The notes beneath the pieces are model-generated. The model was given only the letters and a program-made list of their open reading frames with translations. It ran no database searches and was not told the origin of the DNA. Positions 27,901 through 33,244 of a stretch of DNA of 40,000 nt are shown one piece after another. The DNA is from [Scytonema hofmanni] UTEX 2349 (lineage in GTDB: Bacteria > Cyanobacteriota > Cyanobacteriia > Cyanobacteriales > Nostocaceae), in contig NZ_KK073768.1 of assembly GCF_000582685.1 (NCBI RefSeq), positions 2,308,074 through 2,348,073 on the forward strand. The letters run 5' to 3'. How positions within the stretch are numbered: the first letter of the stretch is position 1; each line of letters begins with the position of its first letter. The position numbers were made by a program, and so were the translations under genes.

Positions 27901-30272
27901 AAATCAAAATTTATCGTCAGGCTTGGCAACAAAAAGGACATCCGGGTAATGGTCATATTACTTTGATGCTGCATACCTTTGTCGGTGATGACGAAGATAC
28001 AGTGCGGGAGCAAGTGCGTCTACCTATGTATAATTATTTAGAGCAATCAATGGGGCTGATTCAAAAGATGCTCAAAGGGACGAAATTTGAAAGCCAAGTT
28101 AATGAATTTGCCCAAGAAGACCGAAATACCCTGCTATCCTTTGCCTTTGAGCGTTACTTTAACAGTAGTGGCTTATTGGGAACTACTGCCAAATGCTTAC
28201 AGATGATTGACGATCTCAAAGCGATCGGCGTTGATGAAGTAGGATGTTTAATTGACTTTGGGGTAGATGTTGACGCTGTATTATCTAGCTTAGACAAACT
28301 CAATCAAGTTAGAGAACTTAGTAATAATATTAATGCTGAAGATTACACTATTTTGAGCCAAATTCAGCGACATCAAGTATCCCATCTCCAATGTACGCCT
28401 TCTTTAGCCAGAATGCTGACATTAATGCCTCATGGGATTGAGAGCTTAAATTGTTTGCAATATTTAATGTTAGGTGGAGAAGCATTACCACTAAATTTAG
28501 TGAAACAGTTGGGAATATCCATTGATGCCCATATTTACAATATGTATGGACCAACTGAAGCCACAATTTGGTCATCTACAGCCATTGTGGATGGTAAAGA
28601 TAGTGAAACCACGATTACCATCGGTAAACCTATAGCTAACACCCAGTTTTATATTTTAGATCAACAGTTAAATCCTGTACCTGTGGGAGTTCCAGGGGAA
28701 CTGCATATTGGGGGTACGGGTTTAGCTAGAGGATATTTCCAGCGTCCTGAGTTGACAGCAGCAAGATTTATACAGAGTCCTTTTAGGGAAGGCGATCGCC
28801 TCTACAAAACCGGTGATTTAGCTCGCTACCTACCTGATGGAAATATTGAATTTCTGGGTCGCGTTGATTATCAAGTCAAACTGCGAGGATTCCGCATTGA
28901 ACTAGGAGAAATTGAAACAGCACTGAGTCAACATCCCCAAATTCAGCAAGCTGTGGTAGTCCTAGACGGAACACAGGAAAATCAGCGCCTTGTCGCTTAC
29001 ATTGTCCCCCATTCCCCAGTATCTGCACCCACATCCACTGAGTTAAATCAATGTCTGTCGAAGAAACTACCAGATTACATGGTGCCGAGCATTTTTGTCC
29101 AGCTTGACCAAATGCCCTTAACCCCCAACGGCAAAATTAACCGTCGTGCATTACCAACCCCCTCACAACGAAGCCCCTCACCCAAATATCTCCCCCCCCG
29201 CACTCCTGTAGAACGTCAACTAGCTCAAATTTGGTCTGAGGTTTTAAATTTAGATTGGATAGGCATTCGGGATAATTTCTTTGAACTGGGTGGACGCTCT
29301 CTACTAGCAGTACAATTAATATCGCGCATTCAAAAAGTATTTGGTCAACAATTACCCCTAGCTAGTCTTTTCCAAGCACCAACCATTGAAAATTTAGCTC
29401 GGCAAATAGTTAATGCAGACAGTAAACAGCACTCATCCTGTTTAGTACCCATTCAACTCCAAGGCTCAAAACTGCCCCTGTTTTTCATTCCCGGCTCAGG
29501 GGGTAACGTGATTCAATTCTATGAATTTTCACGTTGTTTAGGATTAGATCAACCCTTCTATGGTTTACAACCCCAAGAATGGGATCATGAATCTCAACCT
29601 TTACATCGGGTTGAAGACATGGCATCTCAGTACTTAGTCGCGATTCAAACCATCCAGCCCCAAGGTCCCTACCTTTTAGGTGGTCACTCTTTAGGGGGTA
29701 AAGTTGCCTTTGAAATAGCCAGACAACTGCTCAAACGAGGACAAGAGATTCGACTTCTAGCCATAGTTGATGCTACAGCACCCCTACCAGTCCAGCAGGT
29801 TTCCTCACCCTCAACTTGGAGTAATGCTCAATGGTTATATGCTATTGCCGAGGCAGCTGGGCAAGCATTAGGTATCACGCTGGATATTTCCCAGGAATTA
29901 TTGTATGGCTTATCACCAGAAGAGCAGTTTAAATACTTACAAAGCCAGTTTGTGCAAAATGGAATTTTAGCTCCCCAAGACAGTGAAACCCAGTTAAAGA
30001 AACTAATTCAATTGACAAAAATTCACCACACAAGTGCAGTTAATTATCAATGTTCTGAACAATTAGCATTGCCAATTATACTCTTTAAGTCGGCTGAACA
30101 AACAAATACAATCATGTTTGAAAGTAACTTATTACTGAATGAGCCTAAACTGGGTTGGGATCGAGTTTCAACACAACCTGTTATCTGTCATGTAATTCCA
30201 GGTAGCCATTATTCTATTATGGCTAACCCTTATGTCAAAGAATTAGCAGCACATTTACAGGGTTACTTATAA
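21966..30272 (+). CDS. NRPS: C-A-T-C-A(interrupted by LLM)-T-TE (NRPS modules 3-4, termination)
   Basis: 2768 aa. Motifs in order: FPLSFAQERLWFLNQLEG, HHIISDAWS; LAYVIYTSGSTGQPKGV..NAYGPSEATVC; FFELGGHSLLATQV; HHIIADGWS; LAYIIYTSGSTGQPKGV..ISFDISILELFW. The LLM then follows (MQFSLFYFAN..PERHF..GRVGVSFASGW). The A domain resumes with NMYGPTEATIW..GELHIGGTGLARGY..YKTGDLARY..PNGKINR. The protein ends with FFELGGRSLLAVQL and a TE carrying GGHSLGG. Confidence 0.9.
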   Translation: MLLNSQETFVFPLSFAQERLWFLNQLEGSKATYNMFAAIGLNGNLNVQVLEQALNEIVQRHEVLRTSFQTVDGQGVQIINPEVNFQLRCVDLQNLSDNEREITVQEWITKEANTPFDLSQAPLMRATLLQTDIQEYFLLVTMHHIISDAWSVGIVIKEISVIYKALIQGQEHTLPELEIQYADFAEWQREWLQGDRLNQQLIYWKNYLAGVPPVLELPTDYPRPPVQTFQGQNQRFEIGADLSVALKKLAKENGCTLFMVLLAAFATLLYRYSGQEDIVVGTPVGNRSQPELESLIGFFVNTLVVDAKFDQELNFTEILEQVRQGVLENYAHQDVPFEKIVEELQPERNLSHTPIFQVWFVLQNTPTETLQLPDITLTPLPFETQVAKFDLTLSMSETKSGLRGVWQYSTDLFDAATIARMVEHFQVLLEAIASHPQEKINLLPLLTEKERQKILNEWNNTAISYPQHLCIHQIFEEQVKLTPDAVALVFGEEQLTYQQLNNRANQLAHHLQNMGVGSEVLVGLCVNRSFDMIVGLLAILKAGGAYVPLDPNYPEERLAYIIEDAAVSVLLIQESLEENLPPSYALVVYLDRDWEEIATQSCENIISEVQSHNLAYVIYTSGSTGQPKGVLVTHQGIGNLALAQQKLFKVENNSRVLQFASFGFDASVSEIFMSLVCGARLVLAPAQKLMPGLDLQQAIAHYGITHVTLPPSALAILPPGQMPTLKQVIVAGEACPEPLARIWSKDRHFFNAYGPSEATVCATVAEVDLKPETDTKSIVAIGSPIANTQIYILDNSLQPVSVGVPGEIYISGVGLARGYLNQPQLTAAKFIENPFREGRLYKTGDLARYLPNGNIEFLGRIDRQIKIRGFRIELGEIEARLSQHPQVQEATVITREDPSGNQRLVAYLVSKNQDLTPSELRQFLKERLPDYMVPSIFVMLDAMPLTPNGKIDHRNLPSPEQDLTEQNNFLAPRTPTEQKIADIFAAVLKIEQVGIYNNFFELGGHSLLATQVISRFREAFEIELPLETLFKSPTVAELDVIIQQWLQNNSATDSPLTQPLPAVVAVPREDNTVLPLSWGQERLWFLDQLEGSSAAYNISMAVQLQGKLNVDALEQAFKEIVQRHQVLRTRFDTVDGNPVQVIETKSKFNLFRDNLQLISTDKLEVEVKKRLTQEAQKPFDLTHSPLIRATLLQIADNDYILLVTMHHIIADGWSVRVMVQELSVLYDAFVQGLPSFLPPLAIQYADFVHWQRQWLQGEILERQLSYWKTYLLGAPPLLELPTDYPRPGVQTFRGAQQSFTLSTELISQLQQLTQSTDTTLFMLLCSAFLVLLHRYSSQDDIVLGTVMANRNRTEIEPLIGLFVNTLVLRTQFEADCTFVDILKQVQQGLLTGYTNQDVPFEKIVEVLQPERNLSHSPLFQVMFSLQNASSASLSLADVISTPLKPEILTAKFDLTLSMVETESGVSGVCEYNTDLFKAETITRMIAHYQVLLTGVVANVQERISKLPLLTPEEEKQLLVAWNDTQVSYSQDHCLHQQFEQQVEKTPDAIALVFQNQQLTYRELNQRANQLANYLQRQGVSSETLVGICVERSLEMMIGLLGILKAGAAYIPLDPHHPQERLAFILSDTQMPILLTQERLQTKLPTHGAKVICLDTNWTDIAQENQANLGISVKGENLAYIIYTSGSTGQPKGVMIEHRQVANFFVGMDQRLNVEDDYDTTKTWLAVTTISFDISILELFWTLARGFKVIIQQEQQKTIAATVPTSRMPEKQMQFSLFYFANENNTGNHQGENLYKLLIEGAKFADQHGFTAVWTPERHFHEFGGIYPNPAVASAAIAAVTKQVQIRAGSVVLPLHQEIRVAEEWAFVDNLSNGRVGVSFASGWQPNDFVLSPENYHRRKSLLVEQIETVRKLWRGEFITLKNGNGIPTEIRTFPKPIQAELPTWLTAAGSPETFRLAGELGLNVLTHLLGQSIEEISAKIKIYRQAWQQKGHPGNGHITLMLHTFVGDDEDTVREQVRLPMYNYLEQSMGLIQKMLKGTKFESQVNEFAQEDRNTLLSFAFERYFNSSGLLGTTAKCLQMIDDLKAIGVDEVGCLIDFGVDVDAVLSSLDKLNQVRELSNNINAEDYTILSQIQRHQVSHLQCTPSLARMLTLMPHGIESLNCLQYLMLGGEALPLNLVKQLGISIDAHIYNMYGPTEATIWSSTAIVDGKDSETTITIGKPIANTQFYILDQQLNPVPVGVPGELHIGGTGLARGYFQRPELTAARFIQSPFREGDRLYKTGDLARYLPDGNIEFLGRVDYQVKLRGFRIELGEIETALSQHPQIQQAVVVLDGTQENQRLVAYIVPHSPVSAPTSTELNQCLSKKLPDYMVPSIFVQLDQMPLTPNGKINRRALPTPSQRSPSPKYLPPRTPVERQLAQIWSEVLNLDWIGIRDNFFELGGRSLLAVQLISRIQKVFGQQLPLASLFQAPTIENLARQIVNADSKQHSSCLVPIQLQGSKLPLFFIPGSGGNVIQFYEFSRCLGLDQPFYGLQPQEWDHESQPLHRVEDMASQYLVAIQTIQPQGPYLLGGHSLGGKVAFEIARQLLKRGQEIRLLAIVDATAPLPVQQVSSPSTWSNAQWLYAIAEAAGQALGITLDISQELLYGLSPEEQFKYLQSQFVQNGILAPQDSETQLKKLIQLTKIHHTSAVNYQCSEQLALPIILFKSAEQTNTIMFESNLLLNEPKLGWDRVSTQPVICHVIPGSHYSIMANPYVKELAAHLQGYL
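21990..23320 (+). other. Domain: C (NRPS module 3), HHxxxDA variant
   Basis: FPLSFAQERLWFLNQLEGSKATYNM. HHIISDAWS (from 22392) has Ala in place of the usual Gly of HHxxxDG. Confidence 0.85.
23370..24830 (+). other. Domain: A (NRPS module 3), hand-derived code DASTIAAVCK -> Tyr-type
   Basis: FGFDASVSEIF, HVTLPPS, VIVAGEA, NAYGPSEATVC, GEIYISGVGLARGY, YKTGDLARY, PNGKIDH. The code matches 9 of 10 positions of the Stachelhaus Tyr code DASTVAAVCK. Confidence 0.65.
24880..25090 (+). other. Domain: T/PCP (NRPS module 3)
   Basis: FFELGGHSLLATQV. The Ser codon is 24981-24983. Confidence 0.9.
25185..26510 (+). other. Domain: C (NRPS module 4)
   Basis: LPLSWGQERLWFLDQLEGSSAAYNIS. HHIIADGWS has its codons from 25581. 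Confidence 0.9.
26560..27278 (+). other. Domain fragment: A (NRPS module 4), N-terminal part through core A4
   Basis: LTYRELN, LAYIIYTSGSTGQPKGV, TTISFDISILELFW (A4). The domain is then interrupted by LLM-3. Confidence 0.85.
27279..28335 (+). other. Domain: luciferase-like monooxygenase LLM-3, inserted into the A domain between cores A4 and A5
   Basis: MQFSLFYFANENN..FTAVWTPERHF..RAGSVVLPLHQE..GRVGVSFASGWQPNDF..LMLHTFVG..GCLIDFG. Confidence 0.85.
28336..29160 (+). other. Domain fragment: A (NRPS module 4), C-terminal part. The full code DILQMGMIWK points to Gly.
   Basis: HLQCTPS, LMLGGEA, NMYGPTEATIW, GELHIGGTGLARGY, YKTGDLARY, GRVDYQVKLRGFRIELGE, PNGKINR. The code matches 8 of 10 positions of the Stachelhaus Gly code DILQLGLIWK. 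Confidence 0.7.
29200..29410 (+). other. Domain: T/PCP (NRPS module 4)
   Basis: FFELGGRSLLAVQL. The Ser codon is 29298-29300. Confidence 0.85.
29440..30269 (+). other. Domain: type I thioesterase (TE)
   Basis: LFFIPGSGGNV. GGHSLGG has its Ser codon at 29688-29690. LAIVDATAP carries the Asp and IPGSHYSIM the His. Confidence 0.85.
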
Positions 30273-30278
30273 TTGAAG

Positions 30279-30466
30279 AAGGCACTTATGCAGAGGGCAG
30301 AGGGCACTTATGTTTTGTTCACTTATAGGATTCAGACCCCACAGCCAACAAGAGCCACCAAATTTTCAATTTGGTCGGGGTCTTAAACCCTTACTCCCAA
30401 GGAGTCGTAGCGTCGGTGTGGAATCAGAATTCTATAAGTGTATAAGTGCCTCCTGCCCTCTGCCTT
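30279..30466. repeat. MITE-like structured palindromic element between the TE-terminated NRPS gene and the tailoring genes
   Basis: The ~45-nt imperfect inverted arms are GCAGAGGGCAGAGGGCACTTAT..CACTTATAGGATTC (30290-30335) and GAATCAGAATTCTATAAGTGTATAAGTGCCTCCTGCCCTCTGCC (30421-30464). Nested inner hairpins are AGACCCC..GGGGTCT and ACCAAAT-TTTCA-ATTTGGT (30357-30375). A direct GGCACTTATG repeat occurs at 30281 and 30303. Confidence 0.55.
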
Positions 30467-30478
30467 TCCAGATAAATC

Positions 30479-32089
30479 ATGGGAGATAAATTTATGTCAG
30501 GTGATAAGCTATACCTCAAACAGAACGTAGTTTTAGAACCGTTAGTTAATCAGTGGCACGCCTGGTCTTATTTGTTGGCTCCTTCCACGGCAGCCATGTA
30601 TATTGCTAACTCACACTTAAAGATTATGCAGTCTTTTGTATCTGCACCCAAGGTACATATTTCGGCTCTCAAATCTCCGAAAATGATGGCTGGTCCTTTT
30701 GTCAATCATGATGAAAGTGCTGTTGGTGATATTAAAAATTTGATTGAACATTTCATGCAAGATCAAGCATATATGCTAGAACTGGCGGAAGCCATTAAAA
30801 CTCTCAATCAATGTTTAGAAACAGAGGCTAGTGGTTTTTCTTTAGAAGGAATGTACTCCCAAATTCCTCAACCCCTACAAGGATTTGTGGAGCTCAATTA
30901 TGATTTAAATAATCACCCGGCAATACGTTTTATGGAGGGGCTACTATATCATAGTATTTATGGCAATGAAGTCGCTCAAAGTGTGGCGATGTACGTTGTT
31001 GACCAAGACCAACGATCTTTTATTTTTAGCACTCCTAGACTCAAGCAAGCTGATAATTTACACCTGCAAATTCCCTTTAAAGACAAGATTTTAGACCAAC
31101 TGGCAAAAATGAAATATGTTCCGGGTGATGTACAGGAAATAAAAGAGAAATTAAATATTGATGCTCAAGATGAAGGACTCTTCTCCAGCTTCTTTACTCA
31201 AGATGCTCCCCACAAGCAACCTATTCAGTATGATCAAGATGGGGTGAGAATACGTTATTTTGGTCATGCTTGTCTGCTGATAGAATCAAAAGACGTGAAT
31301 ATTCTTTGCGATCCACTCATCAGTTATGATTATCCAAGTGCAAGCGATCGCTACACTTATGCTGATTTACCTGCCATTATTGACTATATTGTTATTACAC
31401 ATCATCACCATGACCATTGTGTGATCGAAACATTGTTACAGCTAAGGCATCGAGTTAAAACCGTGATTGTTCCCAAAAACAACGGCGGAAGTCTTGCTGA
31501 CCCTGGGATGAAACTGGTTTTACAAAGTATTGGATTTAAGGAGGTTCGAGAAATTGATGAGATGGAACAGATAGAGATTCCAGGAGGTAGCATTACTGGG
31601 TTGCCATTCTTAGGTGAACATGGAGATTTAAACATTAGAAGCAAAATTGCTTACTTGATCACCTTGTTAGGTCGCTCGGTGATGGTTTCAGCAGATTCTA
31701 GAATTTGTGATCCTCACATTTGTAAAAATATTCACCATTCAGTCAATAAGATTGATGCTTTATTTTTAGGATTGCAATCTGATGGAGCTCCCTTAAGTTG
31801 GGCTTACGGTTCATTGTTATGTAAACCTTTGAGCCGCAAAATAGACCACGATAGACAAGTAGGAGGAGCTAACTTTGATATTGCTAAGAGTATGGTTGAA
31901 CAATTACAACCTAAATCTGTGTACGTTTATGCAATGGGGTATGAACCTTGGCTCAGTTATATGATGGTTCCTGACTATGAAGGTCCGATGGCAGAGTCGA
32001 ATAAATTAATTGATGAATGTAACAGTCAGGGAATTTTTGCAGAGCAATTGTTTGGCTACAAAGAAATTTTGATGGATACTATTGCCTAA
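30479..32089 (+). CDS. Two-domain protein with an N-terminal helical domain and a C-terminal metallo-beta-lactamase fold. Candidate CmlA-like non-heme diiron beta-hydroxylase acting on carrier-bound amino acids.
   Basis: 536 aa. The MBL fold begins at IRYFGHACLLIESKDVNILCDPL. The HxHxDH motif is ITHHHHDHC (codons 31400-31417, residues ~308-313). Length and domain order match my recollection of CmlA (~530 aa, HxHxDH near residue 305-310). An alternative start is ATG 30494, which is preceded by GGAGA. Confidence 0.5.
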   Translation: MGDKFMSGDKLYLKQNVVLEPLVNQWHAWSYLLAPSTAAMYIANSHLKIMQSFVSAPKVHISALKSPKMMAGPFVNHDESAVGDIKNLIEHFMQDQAYMLELAEAIKTLNQCLETEASGFSLEGMYSQIPQPLQGFVELNYDLNNHPAIRFMEGLLYHSIYGNEVAQSVAMYVVDQDQRSFIFSTPRLKQADNLHLQIPFKDKILDQLAKMKYVPGDVQEIKEKLNIDAQDEGLFSSFFTQDAPHKQPIQYDQDGVRIRYFGHACLLIESKDVNILCDPLISYDYPSASDRYTYADLPAIIDYIVITHHHHDHCVIETLLQLRHRVKTVIVPKNNGGSLADPGMKLVLQSIGFKEVREIDEMEQIEIPGGSITGLPFLGEHGDLNIRSKIAYLITLLGRSVMVSADSRICDPHICKNIHHSVNKIDALFLGLQSDGAPLSWAYGSLLCKPLSRKIDHDRQVGGANFDIAKSMVEQLQPKSVYVYAMGYEPWLSYMMVPDYEGPMAESNKLIDECNSQGIFAEQLFGYKEILMDTIA

Positions 32090-32170
32090 AAAATTTAGTT
32101 GTTTACCCAAGATACAAAAATTATGATCAAAAATTTTAGTTATCACCTGTAGTCAGAAAAAATAACAATC

Positions 32171-33043
32171 ATGAAAAATTGGATTTTCCCGGTTTCCGAT
32201 GTTCCAGAATTAAGAGGAGAAGAAGCTTTAGCTGTCAATTTTTTTGAGCAGACCCAACCTGTAGTTCTTCGCAACTATGTTGATAATGTAGAAAAGTTGG
32301 CACCTCATGAGGAAATTTGGAATGGAATAACCGGACAGGTAACAGTTATTTCCCCAGATAATCCGGTTGTAACTGCTCGTGCTGGAAAGGCTGGAAACAA
32401 TTTAATTGTAGAAATGAGCCTCACGGAAATTTTTGAACGGATATCAGGAATTGGAAATCACAAATTTATATTAGGAGAAGGTGAGCGATATTACATTTTT
32501 GGCAACCTCGCACCCGCAAAACTGATAGATCAAGTCCGTTGGCCAAATGAAGCCATGACAAAGGATAGATCCATGTACATTACTGCTACTGGCGTGCTAA
32601 CAAAGGCACATTATGATAGACACGCAGGCTTTTTAATGCATATATATGGGAGAAAACACGCTTTAATTTTATCACCCAAATACTTCCAACAAATTTACCC
32701 AGTCCATGACTTAGCTACAGGTGAGGACCGACGTTCTTTGGTTAATCTTCGCTCTCCAGATTTGAATGCTCATCCTAGAGTAGTAGAATTAGAGGCTATG
32801 GAAACCATACTTGAACCAGGGGATATGCTCTTTATCCCCTCAAACTGGTGGCATGAAATCGAAGCACTAGAGGTAAGTATATCATTACGTGCCAATGTAG
32901 AGAATAAGCTATTTTCTAATTTAGAAGAAATTTTGTCTTACCTGGAAAAGTCCAGTGAACTTATCAGTAAATTGCCATCAGAACAGCGTATTTTTGTATC
33001 GGAACGCACAAGAGTAGGACTAAATCAGCTAAACAAACAATAA
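32171..33043 (+). CDS. JmjC / cupin-8-type Fe(II)/2-oxoglutarate-dependent hydroxylase (predicted)
   Basis: 290 aa. TKAHYDRH supplies the HxD of the facial triad. It is followed by GRKHALILSP, EPGDMLFIPSNWWHEIEALEVSISL (distal His) and a C-terminal helical tail. The pattern matches the FIH/JMJD-like cupin_8 layout. Confidence 0.6.
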   Translation: MKNWIFPVSDVPELRGEEALAVNFFEQTQPVVLRNYVDNVEKLAPHEEIWNGITGQVTVISPDNPVVTARAGKAGNNLIVEMSLTEIFERISGIGNHKFILGEGERYYIFGNLAPAKLIDQVRWPNEAMTKDRSMYITATGVLTKAHYDRHAGFLMHIYGRKHALILSPKYFQQIYPVHDLATGEDRRSLVNLRSPDLNAHPRVVELEAMETILEPGDMLFIPSNWWHEIEALEVSISLRANVENKLFSNLEEILSYLEKSSELISKLPSEQRIFVSERTRVGLNQLNKQ

Positions 33044-33244
33044 AAAGTGGGCGTTGCTGATGTTAGGGATGAAAGTAAATCCAAAACCTTGTAAATCCGC
33101 GAATTAGCCATTTTAATTTTCACTCCCCTATCCAAGACATGTAAATCGTTCAAACTCTTATGCGATAAATGTTTGGGCTTATCTTAGTGCCATTCGTCAA
33201 TAGGCTTTGAGACGCGCTAACCCTGCAATTATGCTTTAATATTT

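Noticed and set aside
432-28575. About 30 short ORFs (60-106 aa) on the minus strand or out of frame inside the PKS/NRPS genes. Examples are 432-689(-), 1664-1858(-), 3703-3939(+), 6702-7004(+), 9044-9271(-), 19774-20031(-), 27177-27497(-) and 28348-28575(-).
   Set aside because: All lie wholly inside long ORFs with unbroken, motif-rich domain structure. Their translations are low-complexity with no recognisable motifs, as expected for shadow ORFs.
8358-30272. I searched for epimerisation, N- or C-methyltransferase, enoylreductase, aminotransferase, heterocyclisation and reductase (R) domains.
   Set aside because: Every inter-domain stretch is accounted for by KS, AT, ACP, LLM, KR, C, A, T and TE domains plus short linkers. 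There is no SAM-binding VLExGxGxG motif, no second HHxxxDG block after any T domain, no PLP-Lys region after the ACP, and no DxxxxD Cy motif.
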